Below are positions 49,201-61,062 of a stretch of 64,000 bases of DNA, piece by piece. Source of the stretch: Pomacea canaliculata. Its lineage: Eukaryota. The notes under the pieces were generated by a model, which saw nothing but the letters and a program-made list of their open reading frames with translations, had not been told where the DNA came from and ran no database searches. Made by a program: the position numbers and the translations under genes. Every line of letters begins with the position of its first letter. The stretch's first letter is position 1. The DNA is taken from assembly GCF_003073045.1 (NCBI RefSeq), contig NC_037595.1, forward strand, positions 8,700,345 through 8,764,344, in the 5' to 3' direction.

Positions 49201-52200
49201 GTATGTGTGTGCCTGTGAGTAATTTTCATTTGCACTTACATATATGATGAATTTTGTACTCACTAATATAATATCGTGTGTTATCCCAAGCACCTGGCGT
49301 CCCATGAGGCTGTCCATATCCTAGAAGAATGTCGGCCAAACTGTATTCTTGTGGAACAGACTTCAGGAGAGGTGAGGGACGCTATTGGCCATTGGCATGG
49401 AAGATGAAGATAATTTCATTGGTGCCAAAAGTTGCCCTTAGTTCCCTCCCTACCCGCTTTGTCTCTGTTTTATGGTTTTGTCATACTTTTAAATTATGGG
49501 TTTGTTCAAGTTTACTCTGCGTAGCAAAGATTTTTCATTTACAGTCACCTAAAAAATTATTAGAAAGGAGAAAAAGTAAACATGTTCCAGAGGAGCATAC
49601 ACCAACCAAACATGGCTTCTGACCTCCCCTCTGTGGAAAGAATTCGGTAAAATCGAATAAACAGTGTAATTTTTCATTGAAGTTTTAGCACATATACACA
49701 AGCACACAGTCATGCAATCACAACCAACGTCACACTGATATATTTATCAGATTTAAATTTTTTCTCATTTTCGAAAATAAATAAGAAAACCAAAAACCAA
49801 ACCATGGCAAACCAAAATCCTAAAGAGAAAAAAAATTAAGCAAACTTAAAAATATTTGCGGGATGGAATCCACCCGGTAACCAGCAACATTCCGCTGTCA
49901 TGCTGTGTCCACATCTGTGTTCCAGAACGTTGCAGCACGTCCCGGAAGTGACAACTCACACTTTCAGAGTTATCCCCCTCTCTTTTCATCCAATCATTTC
50001 AGCTCGGGGTTTCCTGTCCATTCTCTTCCAACCAGTTTCAATATGGATGCCAGCATTTCCATGTAGCTTAGCTCCTAAGCGAAATATGCAATTCGTGGAT
50101 GTTTTTCGACTACAATTATTCATTTATCTCCCTCCCACCATCTGTTTCCGCACACACGCACAGAGAAATAAATTTAGTTAGTTATTGCCCTTTGTTGCAA
50201 ATGAGTGACGGACGGGGGAACTCAATCAGACAACACTGATAGCATCCTTTCAAGACCCTGTATTTCCTTATCTATGTTGGAAAATACTGTGAAATTAATT
50301 AAATTAGTTTGATTTATTTTATTTGTTACTGTCGTGTTTCCTCTCTCACGTTTTATTTATCAGCTCTAACCTTATTAGTTCAAACATTTTTCACCCTGAA
50401 TAAAAGAGTTTCACAAACATAGACTTACTTCTCTTACTTACTTCTCCATCCGGGTTTTTAACGATCGCAATGTTCTCTCTCTTGTCTTTTGCTTGTAATA
50501 TTTTATTGGACATTGTATAGGTTTACAGTAAAATAGAAAGCCTGATAATATTTATAGTAACATCAATAAATTACAGCTGAAACCTGAATTAACGTCCATT
50601 TTCAAATTTGCGCAAGCGAGCGCGCGCACACACATACGAACACACATACACAAGCATTCACGTTTTCATAAATATGCAATTACATAGATGAAATTTTTAT
50701 ATGACAAGGTCTGGAAATAGGAGATACAATTTATTCGCCACAGGGCACTAGATAAAACGCAAAGCAAGAACCGGCGTTCAGTGTTCAGTTAACTATTAAT
50801 ATCATGAGCAAGAAAGTTTGGTTTTATTATATTTGTGGAAATTTTTCGTTACGCAGACATAAATGTCGGTGTTTTCCTTCCAAGTTTTGAAAAGGGCAAA
50901 GTGTTAATGGGAAAAAAAAAAAAAAAGACACACGTGGATACAGGTGGAAATAGAGACGGTTAAAGATTTGTGGACGGTTTCAGACTGGAAGATTTCCACA
51001 TAAACCCAGGCGACTTTTTTTTTCGAAGATGTCTAGCAGCGAGATTCCATTACAATAAAAGTTTAAAGGCCATAAAATGGTTAAGATATCTGAGGGCCGT
51101 GACAAAGAGGCGGTAAGTGTTTCTACATTGGATGGAACACTTTGAAGCCAAGGATGTCCAGACACATTTGTAGTTGGTCTTCTGTCACACATGGCGGCTT
51201 GCTCAGTCGTCCATGGTCAAAGTCTCAAATGATGTGTTATTATAATGATGGACTGGTGTATAGCTGCACACCTTTTTTTATCTATTGCTGTGGATGATGT
51301 TAACGATGTCGACCGAACCAAGTTTCGATTTTCCCACAATGCAAAAACAAAGGCTGGAGGTGATGATGGCGAGGAATACATATCGTGTTCGTGCAGTGCC
51401 GTGCATCACCGTGGCAACCTTAGCTCTTTGCCATATAAAAATAAGTACAGCAGAAAGTGCCTAAAAGGGTGTGAAATAGTATATTTTCCACGGGCATAGT
51501 CCGTGTTTAAAATATCAATGATTCATATTTTTTTTATCTGTAACAACGGAAATAGTAACAAACTTTGAATAATAATAAGAGACAGATAGACAAATGTATG
51601 GTGGAAATCGGGAGAAGAGAGAGAGAGGAGAGAAGGAGGAATGAGGTAGCAGGAGAGAGTAAATAGAGGATAAAACGAATAGAATCGGATTTGACATCGC
51701 CATATGCACGACAGCCGCGTTCCCTAATCCCTCTGTCACGTGATTCCCATCCTCTCCATCGTTCAGTCATCCACTCTCTCCATCGGCACTAACTCAGCTC
51801 TGAACTGACCAAAGGAGATTAGGGGTGTGGTGGTGGGGTGGTGGGATGATGGGGTCGTGAGGTGTGGGGTCATCGATGTAGTGACTGACATGTCGATGTG
51901 GGCAAGCTGCAAGCCAAGCCGGATTAGCTCCCTTGCCCCAGACCGCCAAGACAAGACGGCCGGCAATCAAGCATTACGATCTCATACTAAAACTCAAGTT
52001 TGAAAGCCTCTTATCATAACCCTTTCCCCTCTCACCAAACTGATTGCTATTGTAATCAATTCTCTATTCTCTATACTTTCCTTTTTTTTCAATCGGTCAC
52101 CTTTCTGGTCGCTTTCCATTTGAAGCATAGATGTTTGTGGATTTGAAGGGTTCAAAGGACATATCAGCCTGCTGACACAGGATAAAAAAGTTAAAGAGAG

Positions 52201-52769
52201 TGTTCAAGAGAAAGAGAGAGACCCGTCATCACCAGAGTAAACGATGAACAAGGAAGACAAGAACATGGCAGGTGCTAAGCAACCTGGCAAGAGTAGGAAG
52301 AATTATGTTTCTATCCCCGGTAGAATCCGAACAAATAGCAAGGAATCGCCGCAAGGCCGACATCCTTTCCCCATTAAATAATAACAAAAATCTCTTTCCC
52401 TAGATATGGTTTACAAGTGTGTAGACAGACGGAAGGAAGGACGCAGACAGCTCAACAAACGGACAGGTGTCTATCGAAGATAAGTAATCCCCGGGAGGGA
52501 CAAAGAAAAACAGGTAGAGAGCAGGGAGGAGTGTGTCTCTCAGTGTCTGCAGCTGGAAGACTGACTAGCAGAGCTGTGAAAGTCACTCCTGAGGGGCTCT
52601 TTCAATCTTGCCGCCAAGTGAGAGCTTGTCTGCCCTCGTGTGGTCCTGGCAAGTATGTTCGCCCATCACATGGTGTCGCCACCGTCAATCACAACCAGTC
52701 GCCAGCCCAGGGGCTGATCGATGGACTCCATAGAAAGTGTTTCCACGAACTTGTATTACTGGACTGCTG

Positions 52770-53000
52770 GCTGACGATTTTTTTTTCAGTTAGCTACTAA
52801 AACGAGGCATGAGACTACAAAGCTTCTGGATTATTCATATTTCAGATTAACTACTAAAACGAGGCATGAGACTACAAAGCTTCCGGTTTAGTCACATTGT
52901 TTGTTTAGGCTCACCGAGACTAACAGAGGAGAACTTCGCAAGAGACTGTGTTGGTCTTGGCAGACAGACAGCAGTCCACCTATACACATCCATGGTGTGT
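52770..53000 (-). repeat. Interspersed repeat family 1, copy C (reverse orientation, also with subunit duplication)
   Basis: Reverse complement of 52770-53000 aligns to copy B, including ccatggatgtgtataggtggactgctgtctgtctgccaagaccaacac and gtctcggtgagcctaaacaaacaatgtgactaaaccggaagctttgta. Confidence 0.6.
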
Positions 53001-53699
53001 TGTAAAGGTAGTGAAAGTCTGCTCGGTGTATGCGTGGGTGGCAGGAGGATGGTGGGTGAGAGAGCGAAGACAGAAAGAGAAGGAACATATCAGGGAAGGA
53101 GGCTGGCAATGGCTGTCGGCGCTCTTTGATAGATCGAGTTGTTATCACACAAGGCACAACGATTCCCGTCTTAACAAACCATGGAAATAACATTCCTATT
53201 AATTATAATTGTCGTCTGCTTTTGTTTACATCTGTTCAATCGGTGATTTCAACCATGATGACGGGAGGCCTACTTCATGAAATAGTGTCATGTGACTTAT
53301 GTCTTTCTTCCTGAACTCTGTGTCTGTTCGTCTGTCCAATCTTTTGTCTCTTCTCTTCTTTTATCTTTTTCCCTCTCTCTTTCCATCTATCCAGGCTCCC
53401 CAACCTTTGACATTCGTTTAGAGCGAAGGGAGTTATTGCAAAATTCACTTAGAAATCCAACTTGTAAGCTCTCCTAATGGACAATTTTCTTCACCATTTT
53501 CTTTAGAATACCTACTGCTGGCAACAGAGTGACAGAAACTTCCCGAAAGAATAACTCCCTGATCGAATCCATAACCGCTGATTTTATGGAAAATAGCGGG
53601 CAGGAGAAATGAAATTGTATTGTTGGTCCGGAATCGATGGCGAGCTTTTCTCTCTTCGCCGCAGCTAAGCCATTGTTTGAAAAAATCTTTGAGCCAGAA

Positions 53700-53830
53700 A
53701 CAAGCGGAACAATGCTCTCTCTCACACACACACAGACACACACAGACACACACAAGCACTCACACACGCACACACACACACACAAGCACGCATACACACA
53801 CTTGCAGCATGCACACGCGCACACAACAAA
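53700..53830. repeat. (CA)n / (CACAGA)n CA-rich microsatellite
   Basis: ctctcacacacacacagacacacacagacacacacaagcactcacacacgcacacacacacacacaag... Confidence 0.9.
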
Positions 53831-56800
53831 TTGCAGGATATAGGGTTCAAGAGGAGAGAGAGAGAACGAGGAAGAATGACATAAAGTTAATTTAGCTCAA
53901 CTCGCACCCATGCCGATTAAAAGTATTTACTATAACAGAATGAATTTTCTTTACAACCATTTCATATCATCGATACACTGACACCCTCAAACAAAACCAA
54001 AAATGTATTGATAAAGTGTTCACCTGACACAATGGACAGACATCCTCTCCAAATAAACAAAAAAATACACACTGAAAATATTATTTTGTGATTGTTCACA
54101 TTTATCAAGCTTTTCGCAGCTTTCAACATGTTCAAGGCTGTGGATAAATGATCTGCCAGTAAATTTATTATTTTCAGCCACCGGTGCATTTCACGTCTGC
54201 GTTAACAAAGAATGGTAACGACCACATCCGCCATATATCAAGCTGTTGGGAGTTACGGATGTGGCATCGCAAAAAGGTTTCAGCGGAAACATCTGTGCTT
54301 TTTCAATCAGTGCATAAATTCAATATCTCTGCACGACACTAAAGAATCGGTCGGATCAGGGTGTCAACAGTCGAAATAATAACTAGAGAAAAAGAGATGG
54401 AGAGAGCAGGGGATGAAGAAAGTATATGAGAAAAAGACAGAGAGTCTGAGTTTGGAAGAACAGAGCAGGAAGTAGAAACAGTTTCTGTAGAAAAGCCGTT
54501 GGTCACGTGTTACTGATATGACACCCAGCAACAAACCTCACTGCCTTCGGTGAAGAAGAGGAGATGAAAGGGGCTGTAACTGATTGCCTGTGTAAAGCAG
54601 CCAGCAACCAGCATCACGCCTTGCTGATGATCCTAATGGCTTCTGTCCTGATCACCAGACTGTGGACAGCCTCAGGCCACGTGACTGGCGACCACACGTG
54701 ATCCGCACAAGCCCGCAGACTTACGGTCCACAAGCATTTCCTGTACACGTCCTCATCCCCGCCCCTCACCCTTCATCCCACTTCCCTCCCATCCCTCTCC
54801 CCCCACAAGGCGAGAGAGTTTGAAATGGTGTACAAAGGAATCGTCTTCAAAAGAAAGGGGGTGAACTTTGGTGGCATTTCGATATTTTCAACTCGTACAC
54901 CTTCACAGGGTGGGAACGTATTGGAATCCTGAAATGAAATCAAGTGGAATGAGATTCTAGAAAAGTAGACGAAAGGAAGGAACAAAAGACAGATAAAGAA
55001 GAAGCGAACAAAATAAAGAGCAAGGAAAAAATTGTTAGACGAAACATAGAGGGTATGAAGAAAGGAAAAAGGAAAGAAAGGAAAAAAGACTGAACCACTG
55101 AAAGAAAAAAAAAGAACGAGCGAGAGAATGAACGAATAAAGGAACACACGAAAGAGCAAATGAAAGAAAAAGCTAATATGGTATTTAATAAGCAATAAAA
55201 AAAATCCCTATGAACGAGCAAATTTTAAAAAATGAACAAAACCGTGAACGAATACAGACCAAATTAGCAAATAAAAGAAATTCAAGAAAGCAAAAAAGAA
55301 AGACAGTCAAGCAGACAAACAAAAGCAAGGAATAAAATCAACATGCGAAAGTAGCACAGGAGAAAAGATTAATTGCGTGCATAAAATATTTAATACTCCA
55401 CGGGGCACACGAAAACGCTTGTGAACTTCTTCCGGTCCTTATTTAGGAAAAGAAAAGAAGAAGAAATAAAAGACGATCAACGGGTCGCAACACGGACGTC
55501 ACGAAAACGGCGAGTTCTAAAAAGCGCGAGACAAGGAGAGAGGAGGAGCTTCTCCGGAAAACGAATCTTCGGGAGGCACGAAAAGAAATTTCCACTCATC
55601 AGATCCAAGTTCACACTCCCCAGGCTTCCAGCTCTGGCACTCAAATCAGCATTCAGTTTGGTGCTAGCACCCAAGAGAAATAAGTGGCGACAACTCTCCC
55701 TTGTAATAAAAAAAAAGAAAGAAAAAAGCGAAGCAACCTCCTCCTTCTCCCTCTTCTCGCATCCTCCCCCTACTTCTGTCACTCCCTCTTTTCTCTCTGT
55801 TCGCTGATCTTGGAGTCTGAGGCTCTGAGCTTTTTAATCAAGGGATCCCGTCCGTTTTCTCAGCCCTAATCACCTTAGCGTTTGTGGCGAAATCTTTCAG
55901 ATGGTGCCTGGGATGAGGGCCTCGCGCCGTTTGATGACCTTTGATGACGTCTGGCTTGTGGAGCGGACGGACGTTAGATGGTGGCTTAACAACCCTCGGG
56001 TTGCGCTGCACGGCAGCCTCGGCACACGGTCTCAGCACAATGAAAACGCTGCAGGAACTCTTCTTCTTCAAGAACGAGAATTTAAAGCCGGGCTCAAAGA
56101 TGAGACAGAGAAATCACGGTTGTGTAGGGAGAAGAGGATGGCGGAAAAGCAATTACACATAGTTCATACAGAATGTTTACAAATGTTGTCCAATCGAGGA
56201 AGAAGTAATGTCAAAAAAGTAAACAAATGATACTATCTTCTTGTCTGTGAGTGTCATGGCAGAACTTACTAAGAAGAGTTGTGCCGAGGTGACGGAAAAA
56301 AACTGGGAGAGTAAATTAAATAACAAGATAGCTGATAGGTGGATTAACTGACTGATCCATCGTCGATTAACTAGTTGTTGATTCTTTGACTGGTCCCACA
56401 CCGGGTACGACATCGTGCTAGAAAGTTTTTTTTAATTGATTACATCATCTAAACTGAATGATCGATTAACTAATTGTTGGTTGACTCTTTGGCATATATC
56501 TTCTTCTAAACTCTTGACTGGGCGCCACATTGTCTGTAGGATTATCTAGATAACAGTGACGAAGTAAAGGTCCCGTGGTCTAGTTGCAGTAGGAGCAGTA
56601 AACTGTAAGTGACTCGTCGTGTCTAAAGGGATGTATGTTTAAGATGAAGTCCGGCCTTCTTTTACCACAGCCTTTTCCCTGCAGCTTTCTGCTCCCAGAG
56701 GAGCTCACCCCATTCCGAGGCTTCTCTCCTGATAGTTGAGATAAAGAGTTCAAACTATGGACAGACTTGTTTGTTTTGCTTGCGATGTGTCTGTAAAGGA

Positions 56801-58899
56801 TTGCAAAATATTGTAAAAGCAACATTCTCAGAAAGTGGTGACTTATCTCCCCTTGTATGGCAAAATGTCTTCTCGTACAACAAAATGTCTCTATTCCCAC
56901 AATGCTTTGTCCAGATGATGGCGCGTGTTCTTCCACAAAAGGACGAACTGGTGCCACCCCGGATATCAAACCCTACTCTTTCTACACTCGTTCTCTCTTC
57001 TGTCTGTATGCATCCTTAATGGTGTTGGGCTGGAGAACACGGGATAAAGGTTGAAACAAAAATTCCACTCAGTGATAAAATACTCAACCTTTGTGTAGGA
57101 AACACATTTGACTCAGAGTGACGAGTGCGAGTTAATCTCTCTGCACTCAGAAAATGCAATAAAGCTTCTTGACTCACTGATCATTTCCCGCTATTATCTG
57201 CAATCCATCTTCTGCTGGACCAGGTGCGCAAAAAAGTGCAAAGCTAACAAACAGAAATTTAGAAATTGTGCGGAGAATGATCGGACGCCATTTTCAGCTT
57301 TTCTTTCTTTCTTCTAGGAAGTCACAGCAAGAAGACAGAGCTTGCTGACATGTGAGATGTGGTAGATTCTCTTTGTTCATGCATCAGTGCAACTTGCTGG
57401 ATACTTCCACCGTTTAAGAATACCAAGGCCTCACCAAAAAATACGTTTAATGATATTACTGCCATATAAAACATAAGTGAAAACAATGTTGTATTTATTA
57501 TATATTCTGTGTCATATATTTGATAAAATTCAGAATGGGTGCAACTGTGCTTAACTGACCTCAGCAGCTTTACTGTTTAATTTCCTCTGACCTTTTGACT
57601 CCCTTTTGTCCTGATACAGATGAAACTGAACTCCTTGTATGTCCAAACTATCTGGATCTTTGTAAAGACTTCATCCCTAAAACAGTTGAAGCAATTTTGT
57701 CTTTTTCTTTTCCCACTAATAGCCTGAAACTAATATTTCACAGCAGAACATTAATTTTGATAGTTGTATTTCGCAATAGGTCACACTTGACATTAATGTC
57801 TCACAGCAATTCTATTTCATTATCTGTATTCTACGGGTGAACTCTTTGTATAAAATGTCAACTTTTCTATACCCCTCAAGGGGTGAAGGAACAAAATGTC
57901 TAATGTCTAATGTTACTCGAAAAATGTCTCGAACTTTAAAGCCGTTGGCGCTATTTCTCTGGCCAAGTGTAGCATGAAAGCTGGAGTAAACTCTGATTCT
58001 CAAAACAAAATAAATACATGATTGTGAAAAGACTGTTAATTTGTTTGTTGTGAGTTGTGGAAGAAGAAATCTCCAAGACCCTTTCTTCGGTCGAGAAGAA
58101 AGAATAATATGACATACGTTACTATAAAAAAACTAAACGGTCAATCAAAAAAAAAAATGTTTGTGGTTTGTTCTTGAAGTCACGGTGCGTAGAGACAAAA
58201 CACTTTATCTACAAGACAATAAAAAATCGTAGATCGTCCTTATGGGTCTTGTCTATTCAGCACACAAAAGTCTCTCACTAGGTACAAACAGGGTGGTTAG
58301 CTTACCTAATAGCCGTGATGTAGCTTCAGTTGCTGAATCGGCGTCAAACGACCAAAACCTCGAATGTTTGCAACACAGGCATGAGACATATTGACTACAA
58401 ACGTTTTGAGAAATTGCTGCTGCGATAACATCTAATTGTCCCATTTATTTTATTTTTATCAGAATCAGAACACTGATGAGGCGTTTGATGTAAAGAAGAG
58501 GGACGGGGATGTGGTTTAACGTAGAAACGAAAATATCGACGAAACTGCAACAGCGGACGAAAGACAGGACAAGGCCCCATCAAGTCGAAGAAGACACAAA
58601 TACCTTCTTATACAGCAGACTTCGATCCAATCAATTATTTTCCTGTCTTCCTCCCGTCCCCTAGAAAAAAACCACATTCATACTGATCACTCCAGGCACG
58701 GAGTTCTCCAAACTTACACCTCCGTGGGGCGACCTCTGACCTGCCCCTCGTTTGACGTAGCGCTTAAAATCCAAAAAGAAGTTTTCCAATCGGAGAAGGA
58801 ATAAAAAATGAGAGAGAGAGGGAGGCATCTGCAGCAGCAACTGTTCTGCATAACGTGATGATGTATGCGTAGCCTCGAGCAAGTGGAATCAAATTTCGA

Positions 58900-59420
58900 A
58901 AAATAATAAGAGAGGAGAGAGCGTCATCTCCGGCGTCCTTCCACGTTTAAAACAGTTGCCATGTCTGCTTAGCGCCATTCCCATGCAGGAGACGAGGGCT
59001 GGAAATCAGATGGGAGACGGTGGCGAGAAATCCGAGGATATGAATAACATGGCTGGGAAGTGGTGACAAAGCACGCGGCCATTTTCCACCAAAGCGATGC
59101 ACGATGAATACAGATGAACGCTTCCGTCGTCCTTCGCGAACTTGCGGTGGGTCGAGCTTGCGACAAGCTTGCCACAAGCTTTGCAGCTAGGATGCAGCAA
59201 CTCTGCAGCAAGCTTGCGTCACACGATCCCATCGTCTGTCTGTCCTCGTCTCCGCCTCGGGAGGACCATCACGTGCAAGCTAACAGTGCGCGAAAATTCC
59301 GCCAGGGGGCGCAACAGAGGCACTTGGCATCTAGCCCCGGCTGGATTCTGCTGGTCCCGGTGATTGGCTCGGAACCAAGAGCTGATTAGCGGGGCTGATT
59401 TGGATCTCTAATTGCTGGCC
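58900..59420. promoter_or_regulatory. GC-rich CpG-island-like segment with promoter-type motifs and a cluster of AAGCTTGC palindromic repeats
   Basis: GCGGCCATTTTCC (YY1-like) at about 59078. CACGTG at 59271. GATTGGCT (inverted CCAAT, NF-Y type) at 59362. Four copies of (c/g)aagctt(g/t)gc within 59150-59215, including the 10-bp perfect palindrome GCAAGCTTGC. Confidence 0.3.
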
Positions 59421-60985
59421 TCAGGGGCCGGATTTCAAATAGTTTCAGGTGGAGAGATGGCTTCCCATTTGAGGACCACCTCGCCAAGGGTTGTGGCAGA
59501 CTGAGATGTCGTCTTACGGCACTAACCGTCGCCGTTGGGAACACAAGATGACATTAAGAAAGCTAGAAGTAAGGGTCTTTACTGAGGACCTGTCGGAACC
59601 AACTCTTTTAGCCGGGCTTTGTCACGGGAAAGATTTGGGAATGTCTTAGAGACATCTCACCTGACTTCATGAAGTTAACGAGACACACGTTGTATACAAA
59701 AATATGGTTGGGTGACATTCGGGGTGAAGAAGACAGGGTGATATGAAATCTGGACTTGAGACAGAAACTTTTTAGCATGACTATGAAATTTGTTATCTAC
59801 TGTCTTTCTTACTGAAAATCATCAGATTTCCTCAGGACATCCCACTCATGTTAAATAAAACTTGTGTAACTCATTAACAACGCATGTAATACCAAACCAT
59901 TCAAATACATTTTTGTCTGGGTTTGAACCACCATTTTTTAAATGTTGGAAGCAGATTTAGTGAGAACATTGAGAATGTTTTACTCTTATCATGTTGTCAC
60001 CGTCATATAAAATAATACATTTTTCCATTTCGCTTTCTTGCATAAATAGCTTTCCTTGATACATGAACCCCGTGTATTGAATTTCTTCCATTGCAAAATT
60101 GTATAAAATTACAACTGAAATATCATCATATATCTGCATCTGATGTTAAAATATTTAATATACTTTTATCTGTCGTTATTATGTTACAGATTTTTACGAT
60201 ATGAACAAGGAATGAATTTCTAAAGGTTTGGAGTACGTTAGTCCAGTTTTGTAAGGAGTATTTATAAAACATTTCTAAATGGAATGTCATAGGAAGCAAA
60301 TATTTTAGCAGAAAGATTATTTTACCTCACTGAATTATTTCTAAAATAAATCTCACTGAACCTTTAAAATATTGCCACTACTTCGGTTTGTTCGTCACGA
60401 ATGTGTGAAACTCAAATTTTTGTAGATCAAGAACAATGTCTCGGGTACTGATCAAGAAATCCTCCATTACAGTTAAAGTACAAAGCTCCACCATCCATAT
60501 CCTCGCAAAACTCCAAACAATTATTTCCATTAAAAGAAAAGATAAGCTGCATTTAGCTACAAGAAGCAAGCGACTGAACTGTACTCAGCGCTTGTGGGAC
60601 TTTCGTTTTAAACATTCATTACCCACATTTTTGTTTTATTTTTACTCGTAGAATTAGTGCCTTCTGTGGAGGAATAGCTGTGGACCATTCGCAAGACGAG
60701 GATGTCTAAAGGGGGCCGACCAGCTGACCTCCTATTTCCAGTTCCATGACTGCTTCGTAACTCGTCCCAGAATAGAAGAGCCGACTCGCCCCAGCACGCG
60801 CGTGCGCATTGAGACCGTTATTACAGTGACGGGGACCTGCTGCCATCAGTGCCAGAAACCGAAGAGGGAGGTTTGTCTGCACGGTGTGTGATCACCTAGG
60901 GTTGACCAGACTGGGAGTCAAGTGCAGTTGGATGAGGAGAGGGCATTAGAGTGTTGTCTAACTCGCCTCCTACCTTCTGCTGGTC

Positions 60986-61062
60986 TAATGGCTGTCACCA
61001 GCGTCTACACCAGCGTCTACACCAGCGTCTGCACCAGCGTCCACACCGGCGTCTACACCAGC
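60986..61062. repeat. 12-bp tandem repeat (CAGCGTCTACAC)n x~5.5
   Basis: cagcgtctacaccagcgtctacaccagcgtctgcaccagcgtccacaccggcgtctacaccagcgcc. ORF 60922..61167 shows VYTSVYTSVCTSVHTGVYTS. Confidence 0.9.

Noticed and set aside
52417-52800. 127-aa plus ORF (MCRQTEGRTQTAQQTDR...)
   Set aside because: No family similarity recognised. Its 3' end runs into SINE-like copy C. Chance ORF in GC-moderate DNA is likely.
55421-56230. 128-aa and 109-aa plus ORFs
   Set aside because: K/R/E-rich low-complexity translation of A/G-rich DNA. No motifs.
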